DNA of 64,000 nucleotides from the NCBI GenBank assembly GCA_965249485.1, contig OZ252239.1:3488001-3552000 (forward strand). The letters run 5' to 3'. The position numbers were made by a program, and so were the translations under genes. This DNA comes from a bacterium (GTDB lineage Bacteria; SM23-31). Under the pieces are notes generated by a model. It searched no databases and was not told the DNA's origin. It saw nothing but the letters and a program-made list of their open reading frames with translations. The stretch's first letter is position 1. Each line of letters begins with the position of its first letter. Shown piece after piece: positions 1 through 9,797 of the stretch.

Positions 1-401
1 CTTTGTCGATACGTACTCCAGATCCGTTAAGTGTGATATAAAGTGGATATCTGCCAATAGTCTATCCGTGAGAAGGTCCTGCGCGAGGATGTAAGTGTGA
101 TAAGTAACCAGAATAATTACCGGGATTAAGAGTCTTGGCTTTTTGTTTCTTCTTAACATATTTTCCAATCAAATAGTGCTATATCGTAATTGATCGATTC
201 GATAAAGTATCTCTGTAAATAGCTCCTTGTATGTCATCAAAATATTTTAGACAGATTTAGTTTTACTATTAAAGCATGATTTTCACCGTAGCATTGTGTA
301 AACTCATTAACGACTACTGTTCCGAATTTATAATAGATCGGCTGTTTCGTATAACATTCGGGACAACGTGTTTCTATCTTGAGATCAGCTGATAAATGCA
401 T

Positions 402-506
402 TGTTTTTTCCAACGGCAGTTTGGATTCCCGCAATAAAAGGGCAATACGGTTCTGACTTCTAATCTCGCACTCGAGTTCTACCGGCTCCAACAGATTCTT
501 CTCCAC
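402..506 (-). mobile_element. IS21-family IstB (ATPase helper) N-terminal remnant
   Basis: First 35 aa of ORF 237..506 (LLEPVELECEIRSQNRIALLLRESKLPLEKT) resemble the IstB N-terminal 'E..R..NRI.RLLR.SKLP.EKT' segment; no Walker A follows. Confidence 0.6.
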
Positions 507-1074
507 ATATTTGTCTCCGGTATCTTAATGCCGATAGTGTTTTGATTTTCAAGACAAATGTGGTATCTTACATATAAATCAAATATTATTTCTCCTGTAA
601 TCATTCCGCGCATTCTATCGTTGTATTCAAACCGGATCAACGATAAATAGTTGAATATTGATGAGTGTGTTTTCAATTTCCCTGTTGAATGATATAAAAC
701 GTGATTTTAGTTGGTGCTATCTGATAATTGTGATTCTTTTTATGAGATTTAAGCTTTTGGCATATCTCACTGATTACACCACTCAAGCCTAATTTAAAAA
801 AACAACCACCCTGAAATTGCATTAATTTATTTGCGTTTTATAAAATTTCAAGAATCTATTGCAGGATTTGAATGATAAACATGTCACAATCAGACCCAAT
901 TCAGGCTCATCTGAAAACACAGTTTCGGGAGGTAATGCAGGCAGTTTCTGGATGAAGCGAAGGACAAAAGCTAGAGACGGATTTACAGAACGAACAAATC
1001 ATAGTATCAGAAGAATTATAAATTCAGAATAGGAATATTGATAATTAAACGTATAAATGGGGAGTGGGCCATTC

Positions 1075-1932
1075 ATGACAACGTTTAGTCAGATACAAGG
1101 TAATCGTGAAAATCAATCATTAAATAGCTATTTACAGGAAATTGGAAAAGTACCATTACTTGCTCCGCAGGAAGAAATACATTTAGCACGCCGTATCAAG
1201 AAAAACGATCAGGAGGCATTAGAGAAATTAACCAGGGCAAATCTTCGTTTTGTTGTAAGTGTTGCAAAACAGTATCAAAATCAAGGACTAATCTTTGGAG
1301 ATCTCATAAATGAAGGAAACCTCGGCTTAATAAGAGCTGCAAAAAGATTTGACGAAACACGCGGGTTTAAATTTATCTCATATGCTGTATGGTGGATCCG
1401 CCAAGCTATTCTTCAGGCACTCGCGGAGCAAACCCGTGTTGTGCGCCTTCCCTTAAACCGTGTCGGTGCACTGAAAAAAATTGGAAAGGCATTTAGTAAT
1501 CTTGAGCAAAAATTCGACCGGGAACCAAGTGCCTCTGAGATAGCAGAAGAAATAGATATGACTCCAAACGAAGTTTTTGGTAATTTGAAACTATCAGGAC
1601 GCCATCTTTCCATGGAAGCACCGTTTAGCCAGGGTGAAGACAATCGTCTTCTCGATGTGATTCAAAATGACCAACAGCCTTCTCCCGATAATGATCTCAT
1701 GCATGAATCGTTGAAGAACGAAGTTGAACGAGCGCTGTCGACCTTGACATACAGAGAAGCTGAGGTCGTAAAATTGTATTTTGGGTTCGGGCAGGATCAT
1801 CCTTGGACATTGGAAGAGATCGGAGAGCTATTAAACCTTACCCGTGAACGTATACGTCAAATTAAAGAAAAAGCCATTAAACGTTTGCAGCATGTATCCA
1901 GAAGCCGGGCTTTGCGTACCTACCTCGGTTGA
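1075..1932 (+). CDS. RNA polymerase sigma-70 factor, short RpoD/SigA type
   Basis: Regions 1.2 (YLQEIGK), 2 ([24 protein letters not shown]) and 4 ([19 protein letters not shown]). Region 1.1 is absent. ATG 1075 preferred over 1057 because GGGAG precedes it. Confidence 0.93.
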   Translation: MTTFSQIQGNRENQSLNSYLQEIGKVPLLAPQEEIHLARRIKKNDQEALEKLTRANLRFVVSVAKQYQNQGLIFGDLINEGNLGLIRAAKRFDETRGFKFISYAVWWIRQAILQALAEQTRVVRLPLNRVGALKKIGKAFSNLEQKFDREPSASEIAEEIDMTPNEVFGNLKLSGRHLSMEAPFSQGEDNRLLDVIQNDQQPSPDNDLMHESLKNEVERALSTLTYREAEVVKLYFGFGQDHPWTLEEIGELLNLTRERIRQIKEKAIKRLQHVSRSRALRTYLG

Positions 1933-2290
1933 TAAAATAATCTGGAACTGTCTCTTTAGGGCTTATAGAGCAATAATTTCAGAATAAAAATATTTACACC
2001 TATGTGTTTTTCATCCTGAAAAGCACGGTACCCTGATCGTGCCTGCCCTTGATGGATATTACTGAAGGAATCCAGGGGAATAAAACGTTCTTCTAAAATC
2101 CTTTTACACGTCATGTACTTTTACAAATTACTCTGGGTGTTTAGGAATAGAACTGTACGTCGTCAGAAAAATTCGGATTATTGAAATTAATAATTATGAG
2201 ACACTCTTAATTTTTCCAAGTAATATCTTTTCACCACATTTCCAAGATTCTATATACCTCTTAACTTCATTGTTGAGCGTTTGATTGATT

Positions 2291-2608
2291 TGATCTGCCC
2301 CTATCGTTTCAGCCATTTCCAAGTTAGTCAATTCATCGATATCTTCATCATAGTATATTACATTGGTCTTGTGACCGTATCCAGTGGTAAAACGGCTTCG
2401 GGGACGGATGGTCAATATCCGAGGGCACTATGCGGCTTCCTATAATTATACTCATTTCGCCAAAATTCTACAAGCACTTTTGCTTCCCGAAGATTGTGGA
2501 TAATCTGTTCTATAGTGTAGATTCTCCTTACCATTGACCTTGCTCCTTTCTTTCAATCCGATCACTATACTAATATAATACCTGGCTCAAATATTTGGTG
2601 CAAGGTAA
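2291..2608 (-). mobile_element. Internally deleted, non-autonomous IS3-family element (~318 bp)
   Basis: Imperfect terminal IRs: TGATCTGCCCCTATCGTTTCAGCCA at 2291 vs minus-strand TTACCTTGCACCAAATATTTGAGCCA from 2608. The minus-strand mini-ORF 2534..2412 (MVRRIYTIEQIIHNLREAKVLVEFWRNEYNYRKPHSALGY*, then PSVPEAVLP) joins an OrfA N-terminus to an OrfB C-terminus. GAAAGGAG RBS. Confidence 0.8.
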
Positions 2609-2713
2609 CAGGTAAAGCGAGAAAAGAAGAACAATTTATTTGCTGTTAACACTATGTCTACCGGCATTTCAGGACCTTGCTGGGCCTCTTAAAACGTGAC
2701 TGCAGAAAGTGAC

Positions 2714-2770
2714 TTCCAATATAAAGCTCACCCGCTGCGGAACGCGGTCGGGTGTAGCTATTTATCTGTC
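2714..2770 (-). mobile_element. Degenerate integron attC-like site downstream of mscS
   Basis: Minus strand AGCT-A-CACCCG-A-CCGCG-ttc-CGCAG-CGGGTG-AGCT: an imperfect palindrome with two extra bases on the left arm, 57 nt long. R boxes are degenerate (GACAGAT / ATTGGAA). Confidence 0.5.
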
Positions 2771-2794
2771 ATCTCATAAAATTATGAACCTTTT

Positions 2795-3295
2795 TTAACG
2801 AAGAACAGCAATTGGATCGGTAAATAATTTTGAATTGGGAATTAGTATTTTGCTACCTTCTCCCTTAAGTTCGGTATACCTTAGGTCAATAGATACAACA
2901 GTACCTTCATAACCTGACATCTTTATGTAATCTCCTATTTCAAACGGACGATATACTAAGATTAAAATACCCGAAAGAAGATTGGAAATAGTATCTTTCA
3001 ATGCAAAGCCCAGAGCGAATCCAGTTAATCCTAGCCCGGCAACAAGAGCTGATACATCAACACCTAATGTTCCGAGTCCGGTAATAAAACCCAAGACAAT
3101 TAGCATTATTTTAGCTGTACGAGCAATCAATGATGCAAGTTTAGCATTAATTTCAAATTGTTGAGAAATTTTAATTATTGCACGGTTTGCAATAATAGCT
3201 AAAATCAAAAAAATCAGGAGTATAACTAAAGAGATGCCAACTTTTGGTCCCAAGAGAGTTATTTGCTCAAGTACAATTTTCTCTAAGTTTCCCAT
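2795..3295 (-). CDS. mscS: Small-conductance mechanosensitive channel (MscS family)
   Basis: Three TM segments, ALVAGLGLTGFALGFALKDTISN, RPFEIGDYI, IPNSKL. Start probably ATG 3295. Confidence 0.88.
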   Translation of the reverse strand: MGNLEKIVLEQITLLGPKVGISLVILLIFLILAIIANRAIIKISQQFEINAKLASLIARTAKIMLIVLGFITGLGTLGVDVSALVAGLGLTGFALGFALKDTISNLLSGILILVYRPFEIGDYIKMSGYEGTVVSIDLRYTELKGEGSKILIPNSKLFTDPIAVLR

Positions 3296-3652
3296 TATTA
3301 TCTTGCCTTTTTTTAGTTCATTAGGGAATTGCTCACTAGGGCTTATACAGAACAGAGTTAAAAACCTATATACAGCTATTTGCGCTGTATAAGACCCCAA
3401 TTAAACATCATTTCCTACTGTATCTCAAGGAATTGGATTTTGGATACATTTACAAAAACGAAAACTTATACCTTTTATTGATCAATATTCACTTGAGACC
3501 GTTTTTGACCTAATTACCTTAAAAATTAATCATTATTGGAGTGATGAAATATCACTACTGTATATATCAAATCTCGGAGCACAGGCGATACATGTTCTGA
3601 CAGCGTACACTAAATTATAGATCGGTCTGATTCTTTTCGAACTGCTTTAATA

Positions 3653-3830
3653 TCAATGGATTACAACAATTTCCTCATTTGGCGGATGGAGCCATTCTAC
3701 TCCCCGGCTGGAAACAACGTGAATATTTGAAATATTAATGGATATCGGAAAACCGGGTCGATCAGGCAGATTGGTGTGAACTGCATATTCAAAAGCAAAA
3801 AGGTGATTCTCTTTAATCGTCAATTCGTAC
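3653..3830 (-). pseudogene. C-terminal remnant of an M24-like peptidase
   Basis: IKENHLFAFEYAVHTNLPDRPGFPISINISNIHVVSSRGVEWLHPPNEEIVVIH aligns with the C-terminus of 8008..9441. Confidence 0.88.
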
Positions 3831-3894
3831 AGCCCGAGCGCGTAGAAAATGTTCAATGTATCCTTGGTATGCCACTGTATCTACACTCTTTATT

Positions 3895-3929
3895 TATAAA
3901 TGGCCGTCATGAATTGACGGCCATTTATA
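3895..3929 (-). terminator. Perfect 15-bp inverted repeat, likely terminator of 3971..5068
   Basis: TATAAATGGCCGTCA-tgaat-TGACGGCCATTTATA. Confidence 0.7.
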
Positions 3930-3970
3930 CTATTTAACCATTTTCTAACGTTCCAGCATTGTGCTCCAGA

Positions 3971-5068
3971 TCATTCTTCCCACCCCATCTCCTTGAAGAA
4001 CTCCTCCCGGTTTGGGAATAAAAATGAGATGATGTCATACAACTCAGAGTCAATTATTTTAAAATTTTCGGGTGTCAGCGGTAAGCCGTTAAAGGAACGC
4101 CGACCAAAACCGCCGAGATGAATCTGAAGGCCGAGAATGAGATATTCATAGCTGAAGATGCGGGCCGGCAATCCATCCTGTGGGCGGAAAAAATTTCGCT
4201 CTATGGCTACTTTTGTCGCCGCTTCAAGCCGTTCCTGGACACCCGGATAGGCTTCCATGATACCTCCGCCATGGATCAAATGGGCGATCTCTTCAACAGA
4301 CTCATCACGGCGCAGGTTTGCCGGTCCGCCAAGCCGAAAATAGTCAGGGATGATCCCTTCTCCGGTGAGGCCCTTAGGCCGTATTCCCAGGTTTCGGCTG
4401 TGCATATAAAAACCGATTGAGGTGTTGCGCTCCTCGAAGTCCTTAAACATAGTCATGGTCGCATTACTTTTTTTAAGGTACTCTGTGACCTTTCCAGATC
4501 CTCTTCTATCCTTGGATAGCAGGGCATCAGCAACCTTCACTGCATACTCGAATTTTTCGGGATCCAAGGTTTTTGTTGCAAACAAGCTCATACTTAATGC
4601 TTCTCTACGCTGTGTAAAAACATCAAGAGCATTTTCACGTTTAGGTGTCTCCGGGAGCGCTATAATGATGAGGACCTGCTCCATAAACCCGTCGCTGTTC
4701 GTCGCGCGAACCTCCGCGTAATAGTGAGCAGGATTATCAGGGGGCTGTGCTTTCAGATTCAACTCGCCGGTATCGGCATCGATCTCAACGATCTTCGTTG
4801 CGTCAAGCTGACCTTCCTTCAGGTAACGTCTGCGGTCGCCTCCTGGTACTGGCGGTATCAAGCTCCAGGTGGTCTTCTTCTCATTCGTGAATACGAGTTC
4901 GATCTTTCCGACAACGTCGCCAATTTTTGTCGTTCTGGTCACCAGAAAGCGATCGAATTCGTCGGTGACGATAGGCTTCTGCGCATAGCTTGCGCCGTCG
5001 AACGGGGCTGCGAACAGGAACAGAAGTACGACAAGAATTACTTTGGTAAAGATATTTTTTTCAAGCAT
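3971..5068 (-). CDS. Secreted protein: cadherin-like N-domain plus zincin-like EExxH domain (paralog 1)
   Basis: Signal peptide; IDADTGELNL and EVRATNSDG cadherin-like motifs; RRDESVEEIAHLIH. Clear paralog of 11897..13000. Confidence 0.65.
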   Translation of the reverse strand: MLEKNIFTKVILVVLLFLFAAPFDGASYAQKPIVTDEFDRFLVTRTTKIGDVVGKIELVFTNEKKTTWSLIPPVPGGDRRRYLKEGQLDATKIVEIDADTGELNLKAQPPDNPAHYYAEVRATNSDGFMEQVLIIIALPETPKRENALDVFTQRREALSMSLFATKTLDPEKFEYAVKVADALLSKDRRGSGKVTEYLKKSNATMTMFKDFEERNTSIGFYMHSRNLGIRPKGLTGEGIIPDYFRLGGPANLRRDESVEEIAHLIHGGGIMEAYPGVQERLEAATKVAIERNFFRPQDGLPARIFSYEYLILGLQIHLGGFGRRSFNGLPLTPENFKIIDSELYDIISFLFPNREEFFKEMGWEE

Positions 5069-5189
5069 TGTATGCCTCCTCCCGCGCCCACCAGCCTACA
5101 TCTTCAATTGTTGTCACACCCGGCTGAACATTGACAACAGGGACAGCAAACAGCACAGATATTAAAAAAACAATGATTCGGATTATCAT
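5061..5189 (-). pseudogene. N-terminal, internally deleted remnant of an M24-like peptidase
   Basis: Not in the ORF track. Reads MIIRIIVFLISVLFAVPVVNVQPGVTTIEDVGWWAREEAYNA* with a GGGAGG RBS. A signal peptide is joined directly to the mid-protein motif PGVTT.DVGWW..E seen in 8008..9441. Confidence 0.82.
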
Positions 5190-5369
5190 AGTTTCCTCCC
5201 AAAATTAAAATTGATAGCATTGTGTTCACATTCCAATTCTGTGAAAGATACATTTTATTAGATCAACCTGTATTTTACTCAAAATTATAAAGGTATCTGA
5301 AAAGGTTGTTGGTAAATGAGTGGGGTATGATATAGAAATACAAATATGCTCTCTTATTCTTCAGCACAG

Positions 5370-5831
5370 TTACTTATTCCTGCTTTTTCGTATAGAGTGT
5401 ATTTCTTTTACTCTTCTGATAAATTCTTCCATTCCAATCATCGCAACACTTTCGCCGATTAACTGCAGAGGAAGATCATCCAGCTTTTTAAAACGTACAC
5501 ATGATTTTCCGACATCGAATCTTTTACCTGTTAACCGATATGCTTTTTCAAATTTTTGAAATTTATCTTCGTCCATATAGATGCCGGTCAAATAAACTGC
5601 CATATGGTTTTTCTGTGAAGCGAGCGCTGCGTACATGAGAGGCTTCTCATTGTACGTATCGGGATATACTTCCAGCGGCACTTGATACGTGATCATTCCC
5701 CAATTCATTTCTTCATCATAACCTGCTGGAAGGTTTTCCAGAATAATAGAACGGACTTTATCAATCGCTTCTCTGCGGTCAGCGGGAAGTTCAGATAAAT
5801 ATTGTTCAACAGTATGTGCATTTGAACGCAT
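5370..5831 (-). CDS. DUF1801 (YdhG-like) domain protein
   Basis: VEQYLSELP..R, WGMITYQVPL..YPDTYN.KPL.YAALASQKN, GKSCVRFK. Confidence 0.85.
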   Translation of the reverse strand: MRSNAHTVEQYLSELPADRREAIDKVRSIILENLPAGYDEEMNWGMITYQVPLEVYPDTYNEKPLMYAALASQKNHMAVYLTGIYMDEDKFQKFEKAYRLTGKRFDVGKSCVRFKKLDDLPLQLIGESVAMIGMEEFIRRVKEIHSIRKSRNK

Positions 5832-5961
5832 ACGTTAAGATTCTTCTTCCATGAAAGGATCACTTGAGATAAATACATTAAAAACAAAAATTTATTCAAC
5901 TATCACGCTATGATATATTTCAATTGATGTAGTAAATCGTATTATCAATGAAGATTTCGGA

Positions 5962-6513
5962 CTATTCTAATTCACCCGCTTTACCCGAGTTTTCCCAGTC
6001 TTCTATAGTACCCCTCTTCTTTTGATGTTCCATGATAATTTGCCATTTCCCATTTTCCCGGACAGAAAGACTTTCAAAATAGGTGTAATTCGTACGCCTT
6101 TCACCATTTTCGTCGACCGCACTATAAGAATATACACCGGTCTCAAACGCTGTATTGCTGCTGTAAATTCTTTTATCGAATCGGAACTTCAAATATGTAG
6201 TTTTTGGGGCATCTTTCTGTTTTTCAAAGTCAATTTTCACACTTTCAAGCCACTGTTTTCCGGTCATACTTTGATTATCCATTTCCATGACCACAACTGC
6301 TGAGGGGTGGTAACAGGCAGCATGAGTTTCGTAATCTGATTCTAAAACGGATTTTATGATAGGTTTCCAAAGCTCTTTGTTAATTTGGGCGCGGTAATCT
6401 ATTTCTTGATTAGTGGAATCGTAAACTTTCTTATTGAGAAGACTGGTATTTTCAACAGCATCATTCAATGGTATTACTAAAATTAGCAACAGTATGCACA
6501 TTGAATTTTTCAT
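5962..6513 (-). CDS. Secreted NTF2/SnoaL-like (DUF4440-type) protein
   Basis: Signal peptide; YHPSAVVV, AFETGVY, ENGKWQIIMEH. Confidence 0.65.
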   Translation of the reverse strand: MKNSMCILLLILVIPLNDAVENTSLLNKKVYDSTNQEIDYRAQINKELWKPIIKSVLESDYETHAACYHPSAVVVMEMDNQSMTGKQWLESVKIDFEKQKDAPKTTYLKFRFDKRIYSSNTAFETGVYSYSAVDENGERRTNYTYFESLSVRENGKWQIIMEHQKKRGTIEDWENSGKAGELE

Positions 6514-6646
6514 GTTTTTTGCTCCTTAATGAGAATTTGTGCGCTCAGCCCCAACTTTTAGCCCTTTGCCGCCAATCTGGCAGGCAGTAAATTGCGTATA
6601 CTACTTTGGTCTTGTATTTAACCACTTATGTAACAAGAGATTAATT

Positions 6647-7615
6647 TCATTCTTCCTTTTTAATTTCTTCCAATGGCACAAGCTCATGAATTTTATTCAA
6701 ATCCGCACTGATTATTCCATTCTCAAAATCGTGAGACATATCGGCAAATTTATAACCCCATTTAACCTCGTCATACCGGAATGAAGAATGAGCATGTACT
6801 GTCTGGGAAAAGGTATCATCAATTGCAGTTATTTGTATAATAAATTCAGCTTCAGAATTGATCAAATCGGTTTCGGTGAAACCTGAGATAGGACTTTCTT
6901 TGTCAATAGGATGCACGATCGTCCAGTGAAGCGGAAGAAATACAATTTTATCCAATTAAAGATTCAGAAGGTAGTACCGTCTTATTTTCTTTTCTCCGAA
7001 TTTTTCAACAAGAGAAACCAAAAGCTTTACACTCACTTCAATGAGCTGGTTTTTGCGTTCGTTTGCTATTCTGAATTGGAATGATGTCATATCCTGAAAT
7101 GGGGTTATGATTGCATTATTAGAATAGATTATCTGTGCAACCGGCCGCGAAAATCTTGCAAACAGCAAGCCCGTTGCGAGTGCAAAAGAAAGCAGTCCAA
7201 CAAATGCCTCAAATGAGGCAAATATGTTCGTAATATAATTGTCAGGACTCAACACTCCATATCCTACTGATGTAAAAGTCTGGATGCTGAAGAAAAATGC
7301 ACTCCAGAACCGCTCAATAAATGAATTGCCTTCAATTCCGGTTATCCCCTCTATTCCAATAAACAAGTAGCTGAGCGCAAAAAAGGAATTTACCATAATA
7401 AATAGTCCGAGAATCAGCACATGAAATTTCCACCAGGGAATGGTCAGTAGCATGTTAAATGTGTTAAATCTGCGGAAGAATGGATATCCGGTTCTCTTGA
7501 CATTAAAGCTGCCGTCCCGGTTGAGCAGCCGCTGGCCGTCTTCATCGGAGACTCGTGAACCAAATCCCGATTCTAACGACTCATTTTCTTTTTTGTTGAA
7601 TTTTAAATTGAGCAT
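6647..7615 (-). pseudogene. Inward-rectifier K+ channel (KirBac type), interrupted by in-frame TAA at 6956-6958
   Basis: AFFFSIQTFTSVGYG filter, TGLLFARFSRP, FRIANER.NQL, WTIVHPID..SP. ORFs 6956..7615 and 6647..6955 are contiguous and in frame. Confidence 0.88.
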
Positions 7616-7920
7616 AAATTTAGAATTGTGTAATGAAGATTAAATATTGAGGGTTTCTTCGGAGAAAGACCGGATTCTTCAACTGAACCTGGTAATTCGA
7701 TTTAAATCATGTTTGGTATGTTCCTAATATTCAATATAATAAAGAGCATAAACAACACAATTGCAACAAAAAAACTTCATGAAATCAAACTATGGTTAAT
7801 ACTCCTTTATAGGGATTTATAATCGATTGTAAGACCGGAAAACTGAATTATAATGCTGCACACATATATTCTCTGAAATAGGATCATCAATTCGTGCAAT
7901 ACACATATAAGCTTCACAAA

Positions 7921-7958
7921 CATTTAAGCCCTGAAGATATTCATTCAGGGCTTAAATG
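7921..7958 (-). terminator. Inverted repeat, likely terminator of 8008..9441
   Basis: CATTTAAGCCCTGAA-N8-TTCAGGGCTTAAATG. Confidence 0.7.
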
Positions 7959-8007
7959 GTATTACTATAAATATTTAAAACGGGTTAATTATCGAAGTAA
8001 CTAATGC

Positions 8008-9441
8008 TTAATGTATCAATAATATCTTTTCGTTTGGCGGATGGAGAAATTCTATTCCCCGGCTGGATATAACATGATTACCTTCTATGTTGATGACAAT
8101 CGGCCGTCCTGGTCTTTCCGGAAGGTTCGTGCAGATCACATATTCCAATGAAAATAGATGATTTTCTTGAATCATCAGATGATCACGGTCTGACCGAAAA
8201 GCTGCCATAGAGGGTCCAACGGTAACAAGGCTGCCCCCATTATTGCCCTGACTGTGAAGGTCAATTGAGAAACTTGACTTATCAGTATTCCTTAACTTCT
8301 CCTGAACATTCATATAGTTTTCCGGAGATTCGTCGGTAAACGGTGTGTAAATATAGTCTGCTTTTTTCAGAGCCGAGATGAGAATTTCCAAAGTTTCTCC
8401 CGCGGTCCTTCCAACTTTGACATTTTCCCGAATGATCTTTTGAGCAGCTATCGCTCGATCATAAGCATGCTGTAAACTTGCAGGAACACGTGTTTCACCT
8501 TCCCTCATAATATAGGCATTACGTTTATAATCTGTTCCAAAATATTCCAGATATCGTACCCCATTATCATACGAAAGAAAATCACCGCGCTGCAATACAT
8601 AATCAGGAGATCTTGTCTCGGATTGATCTGAAACTGCCGAATAGATAACCCCGGGCATTCCTGCTCCACTACTAAATCCTCGCGCTACACCCCGTTTATA
8701 AAACTCCTCCTTAACCCACCAGCCTACATCCTGTCGGGTCGTTACGCCCGGTGTGATTACTTCATTTGAAAGAGAGCGTTCCAGTATTTGACGATGTACT
8801 TCCAATGCGTTAGTCATAAGTGATATTTCACGCAAAATCCTTCTCGATCTGAAATCGGTAATGAGGTATTCTGCAGATACAATTCTCGCAGAATATTTAG
8901 GCCCTAATATCTTTTCCAATCTCATATATTGCGAATGTGAAATCCCATCTGCTATAGCAAGCCAATCTGATGTATTAACTGCAATTGTTTTCGGATCACG
9001 TTCTTCAACAAATTCCGTAATCTCGTCCCAGATTCCCGGATCGAGTTTGTTGCTGTATCCATTAAATGCTCGACCGACTTCTCGAGAACCGCGTATGTCA
9101 ATATTTTCAACAGTTCCTCCTCTACCAAATACTGCCCGCTCAATCCTGTCTCCCAGATCGGTAAAAATCAGATAACCGGAGGTTGATCCAAATTCAGGAA
9201 ACAAAGGATCTTGATCTCCCTGTCGGGTGACATGGATCCACATATCCACATTATTGTCGCGCATGGCTCCCGGTAGAATGAGATCAAGTTTCTCATTCCG
9301 AATAAGACGGAGAACTTCTGATCCAGTCTTTGCCGTATGTACACCCGGTTGTGCATAGACAGACAACTCCGTGGATAGCATTGACAAAATGAAAAGGACT
9401 ACTACAAGCATCCCTTTGGTAATGATACCTTCTTTACGCAT
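8008..9441 (-). CDS. Secreted M24-like (Xaa-Pro aminopeptidase fold) metallopeptidase
   Basis: Signal peptide; MRDNNVDMWI; putative metal ligands D (SYDNG), D (GTDYKR), H (DLHSQG), E (SLEYV), E (NIEGN). Confidence 0.8.
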   Translation of the reverse strand: MRKEGIITKGMLVVVLFILSMLSTELSVYAQPGVHTAKTGSEVLRLIRNEKLDLILPGAMRDNNVDMWIHVTRQGDQDPLFPEFGSTSGYLIFTDLGDRIERAVFGRGGTVENIDIRGSREVGRAFNGYSNKLDPGIWDEITEFVEERDPKTIAVNTSDWLAIADGISHSQYMRLEKILGPKYSARIVSAEYLITDFRSRRILREISLMTNALEVHRQILERSLSNEVITPGVTTRQDVGWWVKEEFYKRGVARGFSSGAGMPGVIYSAVSDQSETRSPDYVLQRGDFLSYDNGVRYLEYFGTDYKRNAYIMREGETRVPASLQHAYDRAIAAQKIIRENVKVGRTAGETLEILISALKKADYIYTPFTDESPENYMNVQEKLRNTDKSSFSIDLHSQGNNGGSLVTVGPSMAAFRSDRDHLMIQENHLFSLEYVICTNLPERPGRPIVINIEGNHVISSRGIEFLHPPNEKILLIH

Positions 9442-9797
9442 AGCTCACCTCCATTGGTTAAACTTATTATAATAATGGATTTATTTAAGGGGTGATATTA
9501 ATATGCAAAGTGATAGGATCAATAATAGAATGTAGCGACAAAACTACTCTATAACAAATAAATAATGATCATTCGATTATACGTATACATAAAAAGGAAA
9601 TCGAATAAATATTTTGAATTTGATTACGTTATGCTTAAATTTTTCACTCACCGGGCCGGCATACTATTAGCGTTTGGTGTATATAGACTCGAAAGAATTG
9701 CTATGAACGAATTTTTGTAAATACTCTGGATTTACTTATAAAATAACAGTATGTTTTAGAGAGAGAAATAAAGGAATTTAAATTCGGTGACAGCACT

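Noticed and set aside
1..159. Possible signal-peptide gene start (MLRRNKKPRLLIPVIILVTY) running off the window on the minus strand
   Set aside because: Stops after ~43 codons unless frameshifted, and no family is recognisable.
935..990. c-di-GMP-I riboswitch-like GGACAAAAGC upstream of the sigma gene
   Set aside because: Lacks the GGCAAACC..GAAA P2 stem and the P3 features.
2004..2080. Overlapping alternative hairpins after the sigma gene
   Set aside because: No downstream gene to regulate and no known aptamer; probably terminator-like.
2194..2415. 73-aa ORF
   Set aside because: Shadow frame over the 3' end and IR of the IS3 remnant.
6549..6595. Second attC-like site (hairpin plus GTTGGGG) before the NTF2-like gene
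   Set aside because: No matching left arm or AAC core; too weak to call.
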